Assembly: GCA_043228905.1 (NCBI GenBank)
Contig: JBHGNT010000014.1
Location: forward strand, 6,820,001 to 6,884,000
Direction of reading: 5' to 3'
DNA length: 64,000 bases
DNA from: Azolla caroliniana
Taxonomy: Eukaryota > Plantae > Polypodiophyta
Below, one piece after another: positions 37,030-48,800 of this stretch. A program made the translations under genes and the position numbers. The number at the start of each line of letters is the position of its first letter. Positions within the stretch are counted from its first letter, which is position 1. The notes under the pieces were generated by a model, which was not told where the DNA came from, searched no databases, and worked only from the letters and a program-made list of their open reading frames with translations.

Positions 37030-39199
37030 AGTTAATATTTTTAAGATTAAAAATTTAACCGATATTTTCTTAATTCATCCACAAATTTATCCTAATCTTA
37101 GATAAGATTACGGGAATGCATCCAACTATAATTGTAATATTCTTCATTGTACATAATGTGTAATTCGAATCCAACTTAACAAATTTAGAAATGCAAATTT
37201 GTTACTATATTTGTTTCGAAATCTTCTAAAGATTGCTATGTCGATTTTGTAAATAGGATTTTTTGTTTAATTAGAAAAACTTTCACAAACGAATATCTCA
37301 CGATATACCACGCATGCCCAAAAACCACTACGAACATTATATGCCAATCATACATGAACAACGTGAATGTATTACCATATGAACAACAACGTTGACTTAA
37401 TATTATTGTGTTTACTCGAAACTAAATTACCAAGATTAAAGACAACATAACTCATAGAATAAAGACTAAATCCAATTATATTAATCAAGAAACAATTATA
37501 ACCAACATTTGTCATACAATCGATAAGTTAAAATCATCTATTCAATGGAAATTATACTTAACCACATACTTTACAAGTCAACCTTTGTAAACATATGATA
37601 GAAACATAAAGTTCGAGACACCAATCAGATAGATTTAATAAATTATACTAAAACGAAAAGTTCTTATATTTCAAAACAATTTTTCAATTACAAATACAAA
37701 GTATTATACAAATCACTCCATTAAGAGGTCTAGAATAGGTTGCTCTCCAAGATTAGCTAATAGTTGTGTCGTATCCACTTGTTCCATCCAACTGAATCTT
37801 GTCTTTGTTAAGACTCTAGTACATCTTCGAGGTCGACCAGGTCCCCTCCTTCGTCTATAGGTTCCATCGGTTCCCTGGAGGTCAACTGAAACATCTCAGT
37901 TTCATTTATATGCTTTGCCCCAAACTACTAGTCCTGGTGGGGACAATCCTAGATACCTAGGATCCTCATTTTAATAAAAGTTACTTGGGAGGGGTCCTTC
38001 TCCAAGGCGACACAGTTCCTAAACAATTTGAGAGCGCACATAGTCGTTGTTCTTGAATAAACAATCATACATGAAGAAGTAAGAAAACAAAGACGAGAAA
38101 TTCTAATTTATTTTAAGATAGATTGATCACACCTGTTCTAGAGAATAAGTCGAGCACCCAATCATCAGGGTTGGAGAACAACTCGACCAATCGATTAATT
38201 AATCATAGGGGCTTTTGGTATGGGTTTACTAGACACGTGTCGCCAGAAACATGGCGCAATTTCTTTGTTACTGATGGGCACATGATATAATTGATGACGT
38301 TCCACTCATTCACATGTGCCCGATCCTTCTTCTTAGAAATAACATCGGAGTACCCCATGCACATATGCTCCACAACGCTCACCATTTGATCGCTCGGGGT
38401 ATGAGTTATGTTCGTTTTAACCCTATTTGTAATGGAATGGAAACAAATCAATATCTATGTAGTAAGTACACTAGAAGCCATATATTAAATACATATATAG
38501 CAACTAAAAGCTTACCAATGTATGTGTTCGGTGCCATGGCATCTCGACTTCAGTGTAGTAGTGACCGATAAAGCCCGACCCATACTATGAAATATTACTA
38601 TTCGTCATAATGGAGCCAATGTCAACTCTGCAAAGTCTTTCACCATCTTTTCTATTTGCGGATATTTATATGGTACATTGTCATATGTGGACCCTGTTAT
38701 TCGAAACCCATATGGTATGCCCGCGAAGAGCAATGTAAAATGCCTCTTGGGTAATATGTCAAGCATATTACCCACATCACCATTATATACTATAAAGAAT
38801 CAGATATGATTCTTGTGAAGTGGAATAGGTGTGAATTGTGTGTGTATGAGAGAGAGAGAGAGTGAGAGAGACAAGGAGTAATACACAGAGAATACGCAAG
38901 GTAAAAGTATATTAACAAAGGAGAAAAAACCCAACAATAGATACAAGGTGGGAGGAGGGTGCTTTATATAGACATCCCATAAAGAATGGTTTCTCGAACT
39001 TCGAGAGCCGAATTGTGTGTGTATGAGAGAGAGAGAGAGTGAGAGAGACAAGGAGTAATACACAGAGAATACGCAAGGTAAAAGTATATTAACAAAGGAG
39101 AAAAAACCCAACAATAGATACAAGGTGGGAGGAGGGTGCTTTATATAGTCACCCTCTCTCTTCATTAACTACAAGGCTCATGGAGCATGGGGAATGTGA
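37030..39199 (+). repeat. Segmental duplication block 1 (copy at 53967-56136)
   Basis: Near-identical 2170 bp at a constant offset of 16937, with a few substitutions. Confidence 0.95.
37808..38785 (-). pseudogene. beta-class N4-cytosine/N6-adenine DNA methyltransferase domain (3' half of a ParB-MTase gene), with introns at 38515-38423 and 38132-38053
   Basis: YNGDVGNMLDILPKRHFTLLFAGIPYG (motif IV region, DPPY-like) ... W|VKTN ... VNPYQKPL*LINRLVELFSNPDDWVLDLFSRTG|TTTMCALKLFRNCVALEKDP (motifs X and I, in beta order). In-frame stops are present. Confidence 0.85.
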
Positions 39200-39639
39200 A
39201 AGCTTAAAAGTTATGTGTCATAGAATATGATTCTATGACTCATACTAAATGCTAGAATGCAAAGAGGTGACTTAATGGTGACTCTTGACCGTTGGAGTGT
39301 CTATTCACTCTCAAGGTGAGTTCACACACTAGACCAAGTTGCGCTTGATTCTCAACATGCCCCCTCAAGCTCAACTCGGGTCGGTTTCAGACGGTATCCG
39401 AAATCCGCTTCGACTCATGTTCCGGAGTCCGCATCGACTCGTGTTGACTCGCTTTATGCGGAGTTGCGGAATCCAAGCTCCAGCTTGCGTTGTGCGTAGT
39501 TGCGAAGTCTGTGTTTCGGCTTGTGTTTTCTTCGCGGCTTCGTTGCGTGGTTGCGTAATCCACGCGTTATTGGGTAATGTGTGTGGTTTGCGAAATCCAC
39601 GCGTTATTGCGTAATGTCTTTAGTACTCCTCCTCAAGCT

Positions 39640-42600
39640 TGGCAGGTCAAGGATCGTCAATCCGAGATCGGTCATGAATTGCCATAGCTTGTCAGCTCCT
39701 AAGGCTTTATTTAGTGAAGATGTTGGCCGTTTGAAGATTGGTGCTAATGTGTTGTAGGTCGACATCGCCAGCTAGAACACGCTCTCGGATGAAGTGATAG
39801 TGCACTTTGATGTGCTTTGTCCGCGCATGGAACACCGGGTTCCGAGCCAGATAGATACTGCTCATGTTGTCGCAGTAAAGGGAAGTCGGATCCTTGATGG
39901 GTACACCCAGATCCTTCAAAATCCTCTTGAGCCATACGGCTTCACACGCAGCTATGGCTGCGCCCCTGTATTCCGCCTCCGTACTCGAAAGAGCGACGGT
40001 AGGCTGCTTCTTGCTACTCTAGGATATTGCTCCGCTGCCGAGGGAGAAAACAAATCCGGAGGTTGATCTTCTATCGGCTTTGTAGCTGACCCAATCGGCG
40101 TCTGTGTACCCCTCGAGGTGTATTGGCATCGCGGTTTTGTAGAGGATGCCGCAATCCATTGTGCCACTCACATATCGTAGAACTCGCTTAACGCAATCCA
40201 AGTGAGTATCATGCGGTGTTTGCATGAATTGGCTAAGGAGAGCGACCGGATAACTGAGATCGGGTCGAGTGATCGTGAGGTAGATGAGACTCCCGATGAG
40301 TTGCCAATACTGAGTCGCCTCACACGCTTTGGTGCCGGAGTTCGCATCCAGTTTGAGATTGCGATCGAGTGGGGTTGCCACGGATTTGCACTCAGCCATA
40401 CCGAACTTGTATAACAAGTTGAGGATGTAGTGCCATTGAGAGATCATGATTCCGGCCGGAGTCCGAATTACCTCGATGTCGAGGAAGTAGTGGAGCTCCT
40501 TCATGTCCGTCATCTCGAACTTGTCGGAAAGGAGGGATTTGACCTTATTGATGTCGACGAGATGCTCACCGCCAATTACTAGGTCATCCACATATAAAAT
40601 GATGACGATCGGACTTGCGGAATCGCTTCGTATGTAGAGGGAGTTGTCCGATTTTGACATACAGAAGCCGATTTGATGAGGATATTGCGTTATCTTTGAA
40701 TGCCAAGCACGTGGTGCTTGCTTGAGGCCGTAGAGTGGCTTCTTAAGTTGGCATACAACTTTCGGATGGGTGCTTGAGTTGAAACCGGGTGGTTGTATCA
40801 TGTACACCTCCTCTTCTAATTCGCCTTGTAGAAAGGCGTTCTTGATGTCCATTTGATGGAGATGCCACCCTTTCGCCGCCGCAAGCGCAATCACGGTCCG
40901 CACCGTCTTCATCTTTGCCACCGGGGCAATGGTCTCTTCGTAGTCGACACCATGCGTCTGAGCGTATCCTTTCGCTACGTGTCGAGCTTTGTAGTAGTTT
41001 ACGGAGCCATCGACGTTATACTTCACCTTGTAGATCCATCTACATCCAATCACCTTTTTGTGTGGTGAGGTGGAAACGAGATCCCACGTCTCGTTCTTCC
41101 GTAGTGCCTGCATCTCCTCGTTCCTTGCTTCGATCCATCGCGGGTCCTTCGCGGCTTCCGAAAAGGTTTCCGGCTGCCGTACTATCGCTACCTTCATCAT
41201 AAAGGCGTAATGGTATGCCATATAATTGTTGTGGCCGAATCGGCTTATGGGGTGCTTTTCACGGGTGGATCGGCGGAGTTTTTCATTTGCAGAGATAAGG
41301 GCTTTCTTAGCTCCGATTGGTACCTCGAAGCCACCGAACTCACTGTCGAGTGAGTGAGTCGACTCATCGTCGTCGAAGCGATCGTCTTCGTATTCCGCCA
41401 TTTTCGCCTTGCCTTTGTGCATCTTCGGGATAGGCCGTGATGTGCTTTGATCGCTCAAAGGCTCTTGTGGTCCGCTCAGTCAGGTCGTGATCGGACTTTC
41501 TTCGAACATGCGCATAAGGCGATCTTCATCCTCTATCTCTTGTTCGGCAGATTCTAGGTCGAGCGGAGTCGGAGTCGAAGTTGTCTCTGGTGCGTACCAG
41601 GATGCGGATTCGTAAAAAACGATGTCTTGACTTACTCGAGATTTTTGAGTTGAGGGGTTGTAGCACTTGTACCTGTTTTGCTCCAGTGAGTATCCTACGA
41701 GGATACATTTCTCCGACTTTGGGTCAAGCTTTTGACGCTTCTCGTCGGGGATGTGCACGTACGCTATCGCGCCAAATATCCGGATGTGCAATAAGTCCGA
41801 CTTCTTTCCGAAGTATTTTTCGTGCGGAGTGACCTCGTGCACGCCAGATGTTGTGCACCGGTTCATTAGGTAAATGGCCGTATTTGCAGCTTCGGCCCAA
41901 TATGGCTTGGGCATATGCTTCTCGTTCATCATGGCCCACGCTACTTCGAGGATGTGCCGATTTTTGCGCTCGGCTACCCCGTTTTGTTGTGGAGTGTTTT
42001 GGCAAGTGAATTCTCGCCGAATTCCTTCCTTTCGGAGATATGCCGTGAAGTCATCCGAGAAGTACTCCTTGCCGCCATCCGATCGAAGACAACGTACATG
42101 TCAGCCCGTGGCTTTCTCGACTTCATTCTTGAATGTTTGGAAGTGTCCGAACACTTCCCTCTTTTGCCGCATTGGGTAGATCCAAGTGTGCCTAGAGAAG
42201 TCGTCGATGAAGAGCACGTAATATCGACATCTGCTGAATGTAGCTGTCTGCGCCGGTCCCCATATGTCGGAATGGATTACGTCAAGTAGACCTTTGCTCA
42301 CGTTCCGCTCTTTCGGGAATGGGTGTTGGTGTTGCTTGCCGAATTGGCACGCTTCGCATACACCTTCAATCTCCTTCTCTTTGAATGTCGGGAGTCTGAT
42401 GATGACTCCTTTCGATTTCATTGCTTTGAGTTTGTTGAGATTGAAGTGGCCAATTCCCTTATGCCATAGCTCTATGTCAGAGTCGACTTTCGTGCTTTTC
42501 GCGAACATGGCGGATTTCATCTCGTGTGAATCGAGAATGAACATCCGGCCCTCTCTTCTTTCGCGTGCGATGATTCGGCCTTCTTTTTCGATGAAGCACC

Positions 42601-42706
42601 CTTCTTGGTCGAATCGTACTTGCATCCCTTGCTCAACCATTTGGCCGACCGAGAACAAATTCTTCATGATGGTGGGAACATGCAAGACATTTTTAATGTA
42701 TGTTTG
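39640..42706 (-). pseudogene. Copia C pol remnants (GAG-pre-integrase, integrase, RT, RNase H)
   Basis: LWHKGIGH, IHSDIWGP, WAEAANTAIYL, LHQMDIKNAFL, LYVDDLVI, LYCDNMSSIYLARNPVFHARTKHI. Confidence 0.9.
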
Positions 42707-42889
42707 CTTACTGAAAAGAGAGATGATGATAGAAAAGAGAGAGAAGGAAGATATAGAAACCCAAATCTACAAAGATATATTAATAAGGAGTGATGATCAT
42801 AGAAACAAGAGAAAGAAGATACATAAACTCAAGCCTACAAGGATGAATTGATCACTAGAAAAACGCACTACATGAATAGGCAAGGAAAA

Positions 42890-45800
42890 TGTGAAAGTGT
42901 TTTTAGAATCTAAGCCATTGAACATTAGGAGAATATAAAGTATAGATAATTCAACTTTTGAGGATAAGAACACGAACTAAGACCTTAGGGAAGAAGTCAA
43001 AAGTAAAAGTACAAGACCAAGAGAAAAGTAAAAAGAGAAAACGCAGACTATAAAAAACAGTAAAAATAGAATGGTCATAACTCCCTCGTTGTTTATCCAA
43101 ATATCACGTTTAAATATGGATTAGAAAGCTTGTAAAAAGATCTTTCTATAGCTTTTTAAATCGCTTAATTTGGATATCGGATGAGGGAGATATGACGATT
43201 AGAAGGTCGATGTGTCATAGCTAAAAATAGGGAGATAAAAAGCTTCTAAAAATAGCATGAACGTGGATAAGAAGAGGAAGGTTATAAAAGAAGAAGTGAT
43301 AGTAGTGAGGAGGGGGGCGAAGAGTAAAGGAAAAGAGTGGATGAGGAGTGTTAGGAAGAAGTGTCTTAGAAGAGGAAGGTCTTCGGTTTTAGTTCAATGT
43401 GGAGTTTGTCTCCTTTGTATTCTCTTGATGTTGGAATATCAGAACGTTCTTATTTCTTGCTCGCTTTCTCTATCTTTTTTCTTAGTTTCTTGAGTTATAC
43501 TCTCTAATCATAATTACCTAGAGCTATATAATATATTATGATTTTTAACTCCATCTAATCGGTTTGGTCAAGCCCTCATATAGTGTATAACTATCTATTA
43601 TCTTATACACCCTATCATTTTGGCGCTCCAGGGAGGGCGGATCCTTTCCGTATAGGAGGGAGAACTTATCATTTAATTGTGTTACTATATTACATTAACT
43701 TAGCTATGCAATTTGCATTTTCAGGTGAAAGAACACAAGATGCGGGTGCCTTTTTGGCATCTTTTGAGCATCATGCTGTCTCTATTGGACGTATCACCGA
43801 CAATGAGAAGTTACCTTTATTGGTAGCTACATTCTATGGTCGAGCTCGAGATTGGTATGACTCTCTTCCTCCAAACCAACAGGGAGCATATCAATTGTTG
43901 GTGCACCAGTTTCGTGCCAAATATATTCAACGACGAAGTGCAACCGAAGTAAGGGAAGAGCTATTTCGACTAAAGATGGAATCACCAATTGGTTTCACTG
44001 AGTATGAAAGAAATTTCAAGGATTTGTGGACTACATGGATTCGTCTTCGTGGCGGCACTGAAGACGAGTGGTTTAAAATGGAACGATTCAAGATGGGTCT
44101 TGATATGTATTTCCGTTTGGAAGCAAACTTGAAGGATCCCACATCGTTTCAAGCTCTTATCCAAGTTTGTCAAGCTTATGATCGACAAGTGAAGATGATG
44201 AGCTCCTTGGGGGATCCCCAAATGACGGCTTTGGGTGCAAATTTGATGCCTCGTGCCAACTTTCAAGCCTCATCTTCAATTGTGCATGGGGGACAAGTGT
44301 TTCCAAATGTGTATACCACCACAACAATAAACCCAACAAGTATATCCCAAGAAGTTGAACAAGTGAGGAGTGAACAAGATACCATGGCATTGGTAAATCG
44401 GCGCTTTGATGAAGTGATGACCCACTTGCGACAATCCCAAGCAATTCACAACACTATTCCCGATGGTGGTGGCTCTAGAGGGCATCACGGTGTAATTTGT
44501 TATTCTTGTCAAGAGGAGGGACACATCTCAACAAGATGTCCTCATCGACAACAAAGAGGCATGGGAAGAGGCATTTATCAAGTGCAAAGGAATGGACAAC
44601 GACCTAACAACAATGAAGTCGAAGGAAACGTAACACTCCCTATGGCTCAGGTTCCTACAATTCCTCATAATGTGAATCTTCTTAATTTTATTGATGATAG
44701 TGATAATTCTTTTGAAGTAGCTCCTGTGAAAAGGACAAGGTCCTCGCAAAAGGAGAAAGAAGTTGAAGGAGAATCTAGTGCCTCAAGACAAAAGAAGAAG
44801 TCTAAGGAGAATGAGAAAGAGGAAAAATTGAGAAGGAGACACTCTAGAAGAAAGATCAAGATGGAGGACATTCCTATGGGTGAAGGTGTAGAAGCTTTCA
44901 ATTTGAAGCATGAGTTGATTTCAAGTGGACCAAGGATAACATGGCCGCAACTTCTCCAATTATCTCCCACATTACGAAAGGAGTGGGGGCGACTTGCAAG
45001 TATTCGCCAAAGTCGGAAGACTGTGCATTATGTGGGAATCGTGCGAGTAGAAGATCGAAAGGACATACGACCCACCATCCCCGTCTCCATCAAAGGGTTT
45101 CACATCAAAGATGCGTTGGTTGATAGTGGTGCTAGAGTAAGCTTGATTTCTGAATTTGTGGTAAACAAAGTGGGAATTCCTATAAGTAGGTCATCTTCGG
45201 CAAGAGTGGCTGTAGCCGATGGTGGAGTGGTCCATTGCATTGGCATAGTGGAGGATGTTGTCATCAAGTGTTTTGGGGTAAGCATTTCCATGGATTTTCA
45301 TGTAATACCACTAAAAGGACCGTCATATTCTTTGGTACTAGGACGACCATGGATGCAAGAACTCAATGTTGTCCAAGATTGGAGCAAAGGTTTGATGACC
45401 ATAACGCCATCAAAAGGAGTGAGCATACATTATGATATGCGGCAACAAAGACTTATTGAGAAAGAAGAAGATGGAATAACTGAATATGATAGTGGGTCCG
45501 CATATGAAAGTGATGAAAGTGAAGATTCCTCGTCAGAATGGGAAATGACCACATCATATGCCGTTTTGAAGGAAGAAGATGATGAAAGAGGTTTAATTAC
45601 TATGGAGCAAAAAGAGAAGATGATTTCTAAAGATCTTAAAGGGCAAGAGAGGCAACAATTTATTAATTTGATTTCTGAATTTCCTAACCTTTTCATTAGT
45701 GATTATGCTCATATTAGGGGTGTAGATGTCATCCAACATCACATAAATCTAAAGGAGGGTACAACTCCCGTTGCGCAAAAGTTGCGAAGGCTAGGTCACG

Positions 45801-48800
45801 TGCAAAAGGAGGCCTTATTAAAGGAAGTCAAAGCTTTGTTGCGTGCACAATTCATTTACCCAGTGGAAGATTCTGAATGGGTTTCGCCCATTGTGGTGGT
45901 ACCTAAAAAGAATGGAAAATGGAGGGTTTGTGTTGATTACAAACCTCTAAATGCGGCTACCAAGAGGGATCACTTTCCTCTCCCTTTCCAAGATGAAATA
46001 TTAGATGAAATTGCGGGTCATGAAATGTACTCTGTTTGTGATGGCTATTCAGGTTATTTTCAAATTCGTATTGCGGAAGAGGATCAAAAGAAGACGACAT
46101 TCATCACTCCATGGGGATGCTTTGCATATCGATGCATGCCCTTTGGACTCACAAATGCTGTTTTTACATTTAATCGTCTTGCTATTCATGTATTCCAACC
46201 ATTCTTTGGAAAGTTTGTTAGAGTCTTTATGGATGACTTTGCAATTTATAGTAGCAGGAAAGACCATTTGGAAAAGGTTCGCTTGGCATTCAAAAGATTG
46301 GAGGAATGCAAAATGCAACTCAACCCAGAGAAGTGTCACATAGGTGAAAAGGAGGTGGTGATGCTTGGTCATGTGGTGTCTCAAGAAGGAATCAAAGTTG
46401 ATAGCTCAAAGATTGAAGCAATTCAAAAGATGACAACACCCACGAGTATCAAAGATTTGGAGGTATTTGTTCAAAAAGTTCGTTACTTTGAACGATTCAT
46501 TCATATGTTGGCCCAAATTCTCTATCCTTTTCGCATTATTCTTCGCACCAACAACTTCTTGTGGACATCTACAACTGAAGAGCAATATGTAAGAATAAAA
46601 GAACTATTATGTAATGCTCCTATTCTAAAGCCACCTGATAGAACATCTATCTTCTTTCTTTCTCTTAGTGTTGGATCTCATGCTATAGGAGCCATTCTTA
46701 TGCAACAAGATTCTGAAAATAGACTTATGCATCCTATATATTTTATTAGTAAAGCCATGTCTGATGTAGAGAAAGAATTCTTAGAAGTAGAAAAGTGGAT
46801 GTTAGCTCTTATATATGCTTGTAAAAAGTTTAGAAGCTTTCTACTACCTCATCATTTTGTAATAATCACTAGCATGTCATTACTCCCATATGTACTCCAA
46901 CATGTGAGCATTTCAGCACGAATTGCTAAATGGGCTCTACTATTGGCGGAGTTTGATTTTGAAGTCAAATTGGAATCAACTATGCGTGCCGAATTGGCGG
47001 ATCTTCTCACCTTTAGAGAAACCTTTCATGAAGAAGACTTGGTAAAGCTACGAAAGGCACTTCCCGAGCCGGATATGGAGGATGCATTCACCTTATTCTT
47101 TGATGGGGCATTTCGCAAAGCCACAAACATAGCCGTGGGTGGGATTATTCTCAAGGATCCTCAAGGAGACAGAGTAAAAAGTGAAGGTATTACATTAAGT
47201 GGTGTGAATTCAAATAATGAAGCGGAGTATGCTACCTTGTGTTATGGTCTTCGTCTATGTAAAGCTATGAAGATAAAAAGATTAATTCTTAAGGGTGATT
47301 CCTTATTGGTAATTAAACAAATTCAAGGCAATTGGAAATGTCAAAGTGATGGGCTTAGAAATTTTTATAAAGAAGCAATGAGTCTACTAAGGTCTTTTGA
47401 AAAGATACAGGTTAAGCATGTGGGGAGATTATACAATAAAGAAGCGGATGCATTAGCTCAAGCCCAATTAGATAAGATCAAGGAAGGTTTCGTTGGTGTT
47501 TTGGAGACGTGCAAAGATGTAGACTCCCTAGAGGAAGTACATAATTTTCTTAATAAAGGAGAGTTTCCAAATAAACTCAATGCTTTGCAAAGAAAGCGTT
47601 TGGTGGCAAAGGCTTCACAATATCATTTGGTGGGTGAAGATTTGTACAACAAAGGGAAAGATGGAGTTTTACGAAGAGTTCCTAACAAAAGCGAGATTAT
47701 AAAGATACTCTTTAAGTTGCATGAAGAAGTTTGTGGTGGGCATTTAGCCCATGATATAATGATAAGAAAGATTTTACTAATTGGTTTTACATGGCCTACT
47801 ATCCATAGGGACGTGCATGATTGGTGTAGATCTTGTGATGCATGTCAAAAAGCGGGAATAAGACATCTACAAAGTGGACCTTTACAACCCATTGTGGTGT
47901 TTGCTCCATTCGAGAAATGGGGAATTGATGCAGTAGGACCTCTTCCGAAAACTCAACATGGTAAAGAGTTTATTTTGGTGGCCATTGACTACATGACAAA
48001 GTGGGTGGAAGCTATAGCAACTTCCTCGATTAAAGCCAAAGATGTAGCCCAATTTGTGTATAAGAATATTTGTACTAGATTTGGAGTTCCCATGGAGATT
48101 GTATCCGATCATGGACCCGGTTTTAGGAGTGAAATGTTAGCCTGTCTATTAAGCAAGTTGAAGATTAAGCATCGATATTCAACGCCTTATTATCCTCAAG
48201 CAAATGGTGCAGTTGAGAAAGTGAATGGGCTTATAGTGAAGAATTTGACAAAGTTAGTGCAAGACAAAGTAAGAACATGGGATAGGTATTTGGATGATAC
48301 TCTTTGGGCTTATAGAGTTTCTTATAAATCCTCCACAGGTTTTACTCCTTTTTATTTGGTTTATGGAAAAGAAGCGTTACTTCCGATCGAACTTGAGATC
48401 AAAAGTAATAGACTAATGGAGGCATCGCATCGCTCAAAAGGAAATGATGTGATGAGTCGTTTAGCGAGCAACCATCTACTACAATATTCAAGAGAAGAAG
48501 CTGTGGAGCATTACTTAAATCAAGCAATGAAGAGAAAGGAGGCATATGACAAAAAACACAAGGGCAACCACATTGAAGAAGGATCATTGGTTCTTAGGTA
48601 TGATAATAGATATGATTATATTCAAGGACAAAAGCTTGATAATAAGTGGGAAGGACCCTTTGTGGTTCACAAAAAGTATGACAACGGAAGTTACCAATTG
48701 AAAGATGTGGATGGAGCACTTCATTCTTATCGAGTGAACGGATGGCGCCTTAAAAAGTATGTAACTCGGGGACCTACTTATATTCCCCAAGTTACTAATG

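Noticed and set aside
43120-43210. Hammerhead-ribozyme-like motifs (GAAA...CTTTC...CGGATGAG) in the D LTR
   Set aside because: The CUGAUGA core and the required three-helix arrangement could not be identified.
43583-43705. N-terminal extension of the 1760-aa ORF
   Set aside because: It starts at a GTG inside the LTR and crosses the PBS; the real start is probably the ATG at 43706.
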